In this document: positions 24,601-32,480 of the stretch, piece by piece | Position numbering within the stretch: position 1 is the stretch's first letter | How the letters are laid out: each line of letters opens with the position of its first letter | Notes under the pieces: generated by a model | Told to the model about the DNA's origin: nothing | What the model saw: only the letters and a program-made list of their open reading frames with translations | Database searches by the model: none | Program-made: the position numbers and the translations under genes | Assembly: GCF_030684315.1 (NCBI RefSeq) | Contig: NC_081366.1 | Location: 38,354,078 to 38,418,077, forward strand | Direction: 5' to 3' | DNA from: Stegostoma tigrinum | Taxonomy: Eukaryota | Length of the DNA stretch: 64,000 nucleotides

Positions 24601-27600
24601 CCTGTTTAGGAATTGAATAATCTTATTGTCCTGTTAAGTCTTCCAATAGAGTTGTATTTCTTTCTTTTTTCTATTTTAACTTGTGTATGAATAAAGTGTG
24701 TATTTCTTCAAATCTGGTAGTTTGACCAATCAAATTGCATCCAGAATGCAAAGCCTGTCACTTGCCTTTAAAATAAGAAAATTTTAGGTAAGTGACAGGC
24801 TTTGCATTCTGGATGGAATTTGATTGGTCAAACTACCAGATTTGAAGAAATACACACTTTATTCATACACAAGTTAAAATAGAAAAAAGAAAGAAATACA
24901 ACTCTATTGGAAGACTTAACAGGACAATAAGATTATTCAATTCCTAAACAGGAATTGTTCCAAGAGCAACATCTCAAAACAAACCCTTGGCAAAGGTAAA
25001 TTCAGTAAAATAGATTGCCTCACATGTAACTCTCTTGTCTCGGAGGAAAAACAAACGAAAACTCAGTAGCAGGGACAGATATACTGCAGCTTCCAAACCC
25101 AGCTTCAAGATCCCAGCAACTGTTACTGAAAAACTAAATCTAAAAATCCTGTTCTGTCGGAGCTTGAAAATTTTAGGTTCTAAGCCATCTTCTTATGATG
25201 TTTTGAGGGGGTTTGGTCTGGTCTGTAACACCAGGTCATGGTGATAGATTTTTTTTCCTGTCACTAATGGGGATCAAACTTAATAAGGGACAAGTCTTGG
25301 ATAGATGGTTGGCACTTAAACTTAAGGCACCATGGCTAGATGAATCGCAACCAAGAATTCTTGAAGTAAAATGATGGTAAAAATACAGCCGACACTGGCC
25401 GTAATATTTCAGTTTTCCTTTGACCTCTGGCACCAGGATCTTTTGCTGCGATGATCCTTAAGATTATTTTGCTGGCCAGCATGTTGCTTCAGTCATTTTT
25501 TTGCCTCTGGTTGATAACATTGAAGCTGCTTCCATTGTTCCAATTTTTAAAAACCTCAGGTCTCATAAGCTGTTTACTTTATTGGATTTAAACAGACAGC
25601 CTGTCACCACCGTCTTAACATGTTTTCATACGAAGAAAAATCCAGTCAAAATACACCTCTTAAAGCGTAGTACCATCACAATGAGTAGCCTTTTTGGTAA
25701 AGACAGATGCAAAGTATTTATTTAGTACCACAGCCATGCCCCATGCCTCTAATTGCAAATCATCTTTTTGGTCTCAGATGAGTCCTACTACTCCATTAGC
25801 CACTCTCTTGCTATTTATAGGTCTTTACAAGACTTTAGGATTTCCCTTTATGTTAACTGCTAGTCTTTTTTTCATAGTTCTGCTTTGCTTTTCTACTTCC
25901 TCCACCAAACAGGACGGCGTCTAACAGCTACAACATTATGAACAATGCATTTCTAATGTAACAATAATTTCAATCCACTTCGAAAGTATTATAGAGCAAA
26001 CTATGTTGTCAACAAATAGGGTAATTTCAGGGCAGATATCCAGAAGCTTGGTCATAGAGGCAAATATGAATTCATTTCTTAAAAGGAGGAAGGAGTTACA
26101 AAGCTGAAGATGTTTACAATGGGAACTCCAGAGTTTGGGGCCTCAGGAGCTGAGGGCACAGCTACCTATTAGGGAATGATTAAAATCAGGGGGATGCTCA
26201 AAGGCAAGCATCAGAGTCAGATATCTGAAAGGTTGTGGGCTGCAGAGGATTAGAGATTGGAAAGGTGTGCCCATGGAGGAATTGAAAAAGGATGAGAATT
26301 TTAAAATCAAGGGATCATTTACACCAGGAGTCAATGCAAGTCATATGGTGAATACACCTGATCACGCACAGAGGTTTGAATGCTGTCATGATCTTAAGAG
26401 TAGCCTACAAGCTGTCAGTCAGAAGTCAACTGGAATATCAAGTCACAATAACAAAAAAGGTATGCATAAAGGATTTGGCTAATTAGCTGAAGCAGGACAG
26501 GGTTGGGTTATGTTGCAGAAGTGGAAATAGGCTCTCTCAAAGTATGGGCAAAATATGACCAGCCAGGCAAAGTCCTTAAATAGGGAACAGTTTGCAACTG
26601 GAAACCAGAGGCCATGGCTTCTTTGTGCAAGCTTAACCAGAGAAAACTACTAATTCAATATTTTATGTCCAACAAATAGGCTAACATTTTAGCATCAGTG
26701 GGATAAGCAAAAACAGGTAATGACAAGGTAGAGATGGACGCCATCATCATACACATCAAAAATGACTGCTTTTGGATAATGTCACAGTTGGGTACCCTGG
26801 TGAGAAACAAGAGAAGGAAGCCAACAATAAATCCATCAGACATGCCTGTTGAGATGCAGGGTTCAGGCAGCACAGTCACAAGCTCAAGTTCCAGACCAGA
26901 TGCAAAGGTAAAGTTGATACAGTACTAGCAGACTACAAGACTGCTCTCTCATTAGAGAACTGGCAGTGGTTTAACCCCATGGGTCACCATACCTCAAAAC
27001 AAGGGGAAAAGTTGAGATGGAAAGTTGTTGATGGAACTGAACCCACTACACCAACAACTAACTGAGATGCCAAAAGAACCAGGGTTAAATCCCAATTGCC
27101 ACAAGAGGTATGTGACAACATATCTGAACAGGCTTTAAAGTAAGTTGAAGCTGCTGCAGGCAGAACAGTTAGCCAACAATAGACAGGCACCGCAGTAAAA
27201 TGACATGTCAACCGATCACCTCGCAGACAGGTCAAGAAGGTAAACGTTATGTTAAAATGACTGTAACAATCGCAAAAGCGGGCTGGTGAAGCCTCCAAGC
27301 TCTTCAGTAGCTGTATTTCAAAACGATTAGCAAAACCCCAACTCTTTTGCAATGAGGGGATCCGGCCGGGATCAGTACTCGCCACCGACCATAAACCTCC
27401 CACTCACCCCACACCTCTTGCACCCGCGCGCTCCCTGGTCCCACACTTCGCCAACAGCATGGCGCGTCCCCGAGCCTCGCGCCCCGCTACCCCTTGCCAG
27501 CTCTGCCCGTTCCCCAAGGCTCGCGCCTAATTGGCCCCGCCTCTCGGGCTCGGGCCCGCGCTCGTGCCCCCCCCCCACCCCATTCCAAAACCTACTTTTA

Positions 27601-27836
27601 GTCATCGTGTTGTCGCTGCTGCTTGCTTTGACCGCGAATCCCACCGCCGCTGATTTCAAAGCGCTCCCGTAGTTCGCCGATAGGGTCTCTGACGCTTTCC
27701 TGGCGAGTGACAGTATGGGGGTCGACCAGCCACCATCCTCCAAGCCTCGAACGCTTGCGACAGGTGACGAAGGCGATCCAGTCTTGTGGTCTGCCTCAGC
27801 CGCGGCGCTACTCAAATCCTCGGTTTGGTCCGCCAT
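6528..27836 (-). CDS. RUFY1: RUN and FYVE domain-containing protein 1, spliced gene, exons 1-9 (3' part lies outside the window)
   Basis: Nine exons with canonical GT/AG and consistent phase. Translation [145 protein letters not shown] follows the RUFY1 N-terminus, RUN domain and coiled coil as I recall them. Confidence 0.93.
6724..6793 (-). CDS. RUFY1: RUFY1 exon 8 (70 bp) [23 protein letters not shown]
   Basis: aaacAG acceptor, GTaaat donor; phase 2 in, phase 0 out. Confidence 0.92.
7069..7134 (-). CDS. RUFY1: RUFY1 exon 7 (66 bp) [22 protein letters not shown]
   Basis: ctgcAG acceptor, GTgaac donor; [14 protein letters not shown] motif. Confidence 0.92.
7400..7960 (-). mobile_element. 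Possible highly decayed Ty3/gypsy gag relic
   Basis: Minus-strand fragments RQSQRPGESL, KALASTA..FGA and EKTHSP resemble the gypsy gag pattern RQRxQxPGES...LASTCxFG...EKT. Frames are broken. Confidence 0.3.
8140..8176 (+). repeat. Poly-G tract (36 of 37 bases G)
   Basis: Directly visible homopolymer; its length may be unreliable in the assembly. Confidence 0.9.
9988..10052 (-). CDS. RUFY1: RUFY1 exon 6 (65 bp) [21 protein letters not shown]
   Basis: tttcAG acceptor, GTgagt donor; [12 protein letters not shown] is characteristic of RUFY proteins. Confidence 0.92.
10770..11725 (-). mobile_element. Decayed CR1 LINE 3' fragment
   Basis: Reverse complement of CR1 RT C-terminus (EYCVQFW-like GAATACTGTGTTCAGTTCTGG) and 3' UTR/tail. 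Confidence 0.75.
11738..11925 (-). mobile_element. HE1-like (V-SINE) 3' fragment with internal poly-C run
   Basis: TAGAATCCCTACAGTG..ACAGGCCATTCAGC tail and GGACAC..CAATTTAACATGGCCAA body, recalled as typical of elasmobranch HE1-type SINEs. Confidence 0.6.
13284..13407 (-). CDS. RUFY1: RUFY1 exon 5 (124 bp) [41 protein letters not shown]
   Basis: ctctAG acceptor, GTaata donor; C-terminal half of the RUN domain. Confidence 0.95.
14480..14715. mobile_element. Tandem/inverted PLE-terminus-derived short repeats
   Basis: GATAATGGGAACTGCAGATGCTGGAGAATCCAAGATAA..GCTGGATGAACACAGCAGG, the same family as 30577-30798. Confidence 0.75.
14946..15157. mobile_element. Palindromic PLE-terminus-derived short element with degenerate hammerhead core
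   Basis: Inverted arms GATAACAAGGTGTAGAGCTGGATGAACACAGCAGG / CCTGCTGTGTTCATCCAGCTCCACACCTTGTTATC; degenerate flanking direct repeat CAGTnnnnCTACTTG. Confidence 0.8.
16230..16480 (+). mobile_element. tRNA-derived Deu-domain-type (SacSINE1-like) SINE, decayed
   Basis: Same family as 44610-45100 and 60100-60555. Family name is from recall, not a database search. Confidence 0.5.
16875..17335 (-). mobile_element. Penelope-like element 3' fragment (GIY-YIG C-terminus + terminal region)
   Basis: Minus frame [27 protein letters not shown]; homologous to 48385-49010 and to the end of 42360-44350. Confidence 0.8.
16943..16980 (-). ncRNA. Minimal type I hammerhead ribozyme motif
   Basis: AGUU-CUGAGGA-A-GGGU(GACCAG)ACUC-GAAA-CG-UU-AACU: intact core, stem I AGUU/AACU, stem II GGGU/ACUC, palindromic ACGU stem III. 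Activity untested. Confidence 0.65.
17620..18090 (+). mobile_element. Decayed LINE fragment (region between endonuclease and RT)
   Basis: TGCTGGTGG..ATTAAACAACTCACTGGA..ATATTCCCATCCTC..TTTGCATCCATCTTCAGCCAGAAGTGCC; a similar stretch occurs at ~34000-34440. Confidence 0.55.
18400..19830 (+). mobile_element. Decayed Ty1/copia-type pol (RT + RNase H) relic in RUFY1 intron 4
   Basis: Ordered motif remnants: [10 protein letters not shown] (K..YGL.DAS), GIFIRH-DDF (HVDD), [17 protein letters not shown] (TRPD-like), [46 protein letters not shown] (ADxxTK). Confidence 0.8.
20450..21150 (+). mobile_element. Decayed CR1 LINE 3' fragment
   Basis: MLQLY..VRPHL-type remnants and CR1-like 3' UTR; a similar fragment lies at 18090-18365. 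Confidence 0.7.
21348..21449 (-). CDS. RUFY1: RUFY1 exon 4 (102 bp) [33 protein letters not shown]
   Basis: tttcAG / GTgatt; RUN-domain GRGRAW motif. Confidence 0.95.
21530..21647 (-). CDS. RUFY1: RUFY1 exon 3 (118 bp) [40 protein letters not shown]
   Basis: tctcAG / GTaagt; RUN domain. Confidence 0.95.
21734..21907 (-). CDS. RUFY1: RUFY1 exon 2 (174 bp) [57 protein letters not shown]
   Basis: tttAG / GTacgt; start of RUN domain; in-frame ATG at 21893. Confidence 0.95.
22723..22914. mobile_element. Palindromic PLE-terminus-derived short element nested in the Penelope fragment, with 16-bp TSD
   Basis: Flanked by TCTCAATGAACACCAG (22707-22722) and TCTCAATGAGCACCAG (22915-22930). Confidence 0.8.
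22963..23003 (+). ncRNA. Minimal hammerhead ribozyme motif in Penelope terminal repeat
   Basis: UGCA-CUGAGGA-U-GUUACCA(AGCA)UGGUAAC-GAAA-C-UC-UGCA: perfect 7-bp stem II and 4-bp stem I; stem III is one base short. Confidence 0.6.
24024..25519. repeat. ~1.5 kb inverted repeat (palindrome) in RUFY1 intron 1
   Basis: Mirror ORFs 24309-24518(-) and 25035-25244(+). Symmetry centre ~24776.5 with 18-bp spacer 24768-24785. Inner arms nearly identical, outer arms diverged. Confidence 0.95.
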
Positions 27837-27960
27837 CTTCCCTCGTGACACAGGCGTACGCAATCACTCGCCGAGAAACAGAGCGAGAGTCACGTAGCTG
27901 AAGACGGTTAATCCTTGAGAAATTAACCAGCAGGCGGCGGCTGCGCAGGCGCACTAAGTT
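27340..27960 (-). promoter_or_regulatory. CpG-island promoter of RUFY1 with YY1-like and NRF1-like motifs
   Basis: Local GC/CpG enrichment; AAGATGGCGG over the start codon (27830-27839, minus); TGCGCAGGCGCA at 27942-27953. Confidence 0.75.
27596..27836 (-). CDS. RUFY1: RUFY1 exon 1 coding part (241 bp) [10 protein letters not shown]...[29 protein letters not shown]...MTK
   Basis: ATG in strong context (AAGATGG); GTagg donor; phase 1 joins exon 2 in frame; W-S-x-P-I-L-x-L-A-R motif of long RUFY1. Confidence 0.9.
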
Positions 27961-28254
27961 TTTTTTCCAAACCTGTCGTCAGTTGTTGTGTTATGACATT
28001 TCTAATGTACAATCCGGGAACTAGGCTCATCCCAGAGCAGAGGAAATGTGCCTTCGTATAAAGCTCCATCTTTCATACTGGCTGGTGAGCTAGCCGGAAT
28101 CCCGCCTGTAGGAGTCAATAGAACAGTGGCCCATTCAGCCCGTCGAGCCAACCCTATCGTTTAATGCGATCGTGACCCATCCAATATTTCAATGACTTTT
28201 ATTCAACCCATCCCCATGACTGTTTAAACCACCGTGATATATCAATTCTGCAAT

Positions 28255-28950
28255 GATTGCAGCATAGTGACACAGTGCCGGGGTCCTGGCTTTGATTCCA
28301 GTCTAGGGAAACTGTGTTGAGTTTGCACATTCTCCTTATGACTCCGTGGATTTCCTCCCGTGCTCCGTTATTTTGTGAGGTTCAAGGGGATTACCTCATT
28401 CTGTGAAACTTTAAACAATATCGGGCCACTTTGCCCAAACTTTAATCGCAGAATCGTCGCATCATTCCTGGAGCAAATTTAGTGAACCTTTGTGCACTCC
28501 ATGACTCTGATATAATTTCTGAGATAACGAGACCAAAGACTGCACACATAATCCAAGTATGGTTTAAGCAAGATCATATACAATTGAAACCAGACTCCAC
28601 TACTGTACTCAAATCTGCTCGCAAGAAGGACTAACAGTTCATTACCCTTCCTAATGTCTTACTGCACCCACATGTTAATCTTCAGGGACTTATCAGCAAG
28701 GACACCTAGGGTCCTTTTTATATGTACATTTTCCAACGTCTTGCCATTTAATTAGTATGAGATTCAATTCAAGTAAGTATGAGGTGATGCACTTTGGCAG
28801 GAATAACATGGTGAGGGAATACACAATGAATGGTAGGATCCTGGGAAGTCTCAAGTATCAGAAGGACCTTGCTTTGCATGACTGCTGGTCCCTTAAGGTC
28901 GTGGGACAGTAAGATAAAGTGGTTGAGAACGTATATGGGATACCTAGTTT
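28255..28950. mobile_element. HE1-like SINE head followed by two oppositely oriented CR1 RT fragments
   Basis: GAGTTTGCACATTCTCC V-domain-like motif at ~28319; minus-strand CR1 piece ~28370-28750; plus-strand piece GAGGTGATGCACTTTGG.. ~28755-28950. Confidence 0.6.
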
Positions 28951-30071
28951 GATTCCCTCATTTAACTAAGTCTGCAGATTTTGAACTGTTTCTTTGATTC
29001 CATACCCCTTCCCAGTTTGGTATCACCACAAATTGGACCAATCAGTATTAACTCTTTAATATAGCATTAATACATTAATGTCCTCAGGGATCCTGCACAA
29101 TGATTTCCCTCCTATTCTTAACATTACCTCTCTGACCAGTACCCCTTAAGCAAGTTTCTTAATTCCTACTGTTTACTGCTTAATAAGAAATCTTTTGTTT
29201 GACATGTTATCAAATGTTTTTTGGAAGTCTTAGAACAAATATGGTTCAGGATTAACACAGTTTTAAAAGTTAAGGAAAGACATACAATGATGTCACAAAG
29301 AATCTCAAGCAATTATTTTTGAAGCATTGTTACTGATATTATGTCAGTGGTAGAAATGCAAGCCCCTTTAAGCATCAAACAGAACCTTTCAGAGTTGTTG
29401 GAGAACAGATGATGCTAATTTTAGTACTGACTTCTTCTCCACTAGGTGGAAGGATTCTTGCAGCGCAGTGGTAATATCTCTATCTCTGAGTCAAGTCCCA
29501 CCTGCTCCAGACATGTGTAATAACATTTCTGAACAGGTTAATGAAGGAAAAAAGTATCTTCTCCAGTAGGGCGTTAACTTCTGGATAGGGACCAGAAGAG
29601 TAAGTTGAAAACTTCTGTTGGTGCTAAAATATAGATGAAGAAACACATTGCAAATCTCTGAAAGCGTTGCACTGCCTGATTTAACATATCAATACTGTTC
29701 TGTTAAATAGTAACACAACCAAATCCAGTCAGCAGTTTGTAATGCCAATATTCCACAAACAGCCATGAGGTAAGTTAGAAGAATTAGTTTTATGTCACAT
29801 GTACTCACATGAGTACAGTGAAAAGTTTATAAGTCGCCCTACTTATGGTGCCATCTTAAGTACAAATGTAACTAGAAACACAATCTTTGGTACAAATTCT
29901 TAGGGGAAAAAAATAGAAAAATAACGAAATAAAAAGTTCAGCTTTACAGATCTTAGTGCCATCTCAGATGCAAAAGTACAAGATTGTCAGAATAAATTAG
30001 AAAAATAAATAAATAAATAAAACATTCAGAATAACAGTCTTTCGGAATAACCAGACAATCTGATGTAGTAA

Positions 30072-30184
30072 GATAATAAAGTGTGAAGCTGGATGAACAC
30101 AGCAGGCCAAGCAGCATCTCAGGAGCTCCAGCTTCACACTTTATTATCTTGGATTCTCCAGCATCTGCAGTTCCCATTATCATT
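30072..30184. mobile_element. 113-bp internally deleted PLE-terminus-derived element with 15-bp TSD
   Basis: AATCTGATGTAGTAA at 30057-30071 and 30185-30199; short inverted arms GATAATAAAGTGTGAAGCTGGA / TCCAGCTTCACACTTTATTATC. Confidence 0.85.
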
Positions 30185-30576
30185 AATCTGATGTAGTAAT
30201 ATTACTTTAGGGCTAAATGTTTGGACAGACTACCAGAGTAAAATCCCATGCTTTTTTTCCAAAAATAGTTCCATGATACACTTTTGCAACCTTAAGGGCA
30301 GCCATTTTAAGTTTTCATCTGAAATTTGGAATTTCTTCAGTATGTCACTAGATTATATGCCAAGATGTTACTGGCATATGTTCAAATCTGAAGTGAGGTT
30401 CGAACCCACCGCCTCTTTTGCTTCCCAGATTGTCACATGCTCAAAGATATCAAGGAAATCAGTAAAATAGGATCTTCCCTCTTAAAAGCTAAGTTAACAC
30501 TGTCCATTCACACCTATATGGTTGCAGTACGTACCACCTACAGCAAGCAATGCAAGAACTCACTAAGACCTATTTG

Positions 30577-30798
30577 GTGATAATAAAATGTGAGGCTGGA
30601 TGAACACAGCAGGCCAAGCAGCATCTCAGGAGCACAAAAGCTGACGTTTCGGGCCTAGACCCTTCATCAGAGAGGAAGGGTCTAGGCCCGAAACGTCAGC
30701 TTTTGTGCTCCTGAGATGCTGCTTGGCCTGCTGTGTTCAACCAGCCTCACATTTTATTATCTTGGAATTCTCCAGCATCTGCAGTTCCCATTATCTCC
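30577..30798. mobile_element. 222-bp palindromic PLE-terminus-derived element with 12-bp TSD and hammerhead core
   Basis: 87-bp inverted arms (30579-30665 / 30675-30761, one mismatch); TSD AAGACCTATTTG at 30565-30576 and 30799-30810. Confidence 0.9.
30641..30672 (-). ncRNA. Minimal hammerhead ribozyme core
   Basis: CU-CUGAUGA-A-GGGU(CUAG)GCCC-GAAA-CG-UC-AG: canonical core and GUC site, but stem I is only 2 bp. Confidence 0.55.
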
Positions 30799-31589
30799 AA
30801 GACCTATTTGCTGTCTTCTGAACCTGCAACCTCTACCACCCAGAAGGACAAGGACAGCAACCGCATGGGAACACCATTATCTCTTAGTGACATACCATCC
30901 TAGCATAAGCATTAATCACTGTCCCATTGTTGCCATTGTGTCAAAATCCTGGAGCTCGTTACCCAATAGCATTGTGGGAGCACCTTCACCAGACATAGTG
31001 CAACATTTCAAGAAGCAAGCTTTCCATTATTTTCTCAGGTAACTAAGAAGAGACAAGAATGTATGCAGCTGAAATCAAAAGATTTGCTCCCGATAATCAA
31101 TCCATTATTGTGCATCAGCGTTGTCTAAGGTTAATGTATCCTTAATCATCTAATTATTTTGCCAATTTTTGAAAATATGGTTTTATTAGCTGACCACCAA
31201 TCAACAGATAATTTTCCCAGTGTACTTTAGACTCCCTAATGAATGTCAATGCAATTTAAATGTGCATGTTTATCTTTCTGAACACTGTAGATCAATACTG
31301 TTTAATATTGGGCAGTTATCTGCTTTAATTCTTTATAGCCTGTCTAGACTTCAGAAACATTTATGTCAAAGTTGAAGTTTTTTGCTGAAGTTATGTTGTT
31401 CATAATTTCTTCACATTAATCATTCAGAATATTTACTATCTGTTGCTCAACATGAGTTCAATTTTTGTGCATCTTCTAATAATTCCCATTTCTTCTCTTA
31501 GAGTCCCTTGATGTATCAATATGGCAAGTGTGAAGACTTTTTATTTTTATTTTTCTGTACTTCTCATTACTGGCTGAAATAGGAAAGGA

Positions 31590-32480
31590 ACTGTTTTTAA
31601 AAGACTAGGGTTGTTGAAGAATGACTGCCCTTTATAAAGAGCAAATAAGCTGACACTCGTTATAAGTACACATTCGCTCGTTCAAGCAGTAATGGAAGCC
31701 TGGATTTCCAATGAGTTTGACCAAAGGGTTGTGTACGAATGGAGCATTGACTGGCAACAAGTAGCTGATTGGACTGTGGTCGAATGACCAGTTATTGAAG
31801 ACAAATCCTTTCCCCTACAAACAACTATGTAATTGGCTTCCGAATAGCTGAACAGCTTGGGTTTTGAGTGTTTTGGCAGAAACCATCAGACTTCTGGAAG
31901 TGCAGGCTCTGTTTATGTTGTACAGTAAAAGTTGCCTTCAGCCTGGAAAAAATCCAGTTCTTTAATTCCTCTCAGCAGTTACTGTAACCTGTGACCTTAG
32001 GCAGTAATCCAGAGACTTTATAAGTGTGACTCTCTGCCTTCCACAAGCAAGTGAAAGTGTCTGGAAAAGCAGGAACATGGAGCAGTACATCCTGACAAGT
32101 CACAAGGATCATCTCAGCAGACACTGCTAACAGGATCACAGAACTACCTTCTGTATCCCTACGCCTATTACACTTTTGTTTTATTTTCTTTTCTGCATCT
32201 GACTCAATGTATGTAGAGGGGGAGTTTATAAGGGGGTTAGAGTTCTAGCAAGTAAACTTGTAGGCCAACATTTATAATGTTTACCTGTAGCTAAAGTTTA
32301 TTTGTAAGAAATAGTAATTTTTGTTAAGTATAGAAAGCAGATCTGTGCTTTCTGTCAACCTGGGTCTAAAAGATACGTAAATTGAAGAACTCTGTGTATT
32401 TTTCAAAATCTTTAATTTCTAGACAACTCTGGGAATAGCAAGGTTTGATTTCCTGTGCAATACCCCTAAGAGGTATAGCA
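31590..32480 (+). repeat. Unclassified dispersed repeat, possibly solo-LTR-like
   Basis: 3' part (ACAACTCTGG..GCAAGGTTTGATTTC) resembles ~8490-8670; no coding motifs seen. Confidence 0.35.

Noticed and set aside
24309-25244. Two near-identical 69-aa basic ORFs ([10 protein letters not shown]...) on opposite strands
   Set aside because: By-product of the palindrome; both start at TTG and show no recognisable domain.
27837-27863. N-terminal extension MRTPVSRGK of RUFY1 in the ORF track
   Set aside because: Starts at TTG; the ATG at 27836 has strong context and matches the known MAD start.
29452-29545. tRNA gene candidate (A/B-box-like motifs)
   Set aside because: No complete cloverleaf; it belongs to the short tRNA-derived repeat family.
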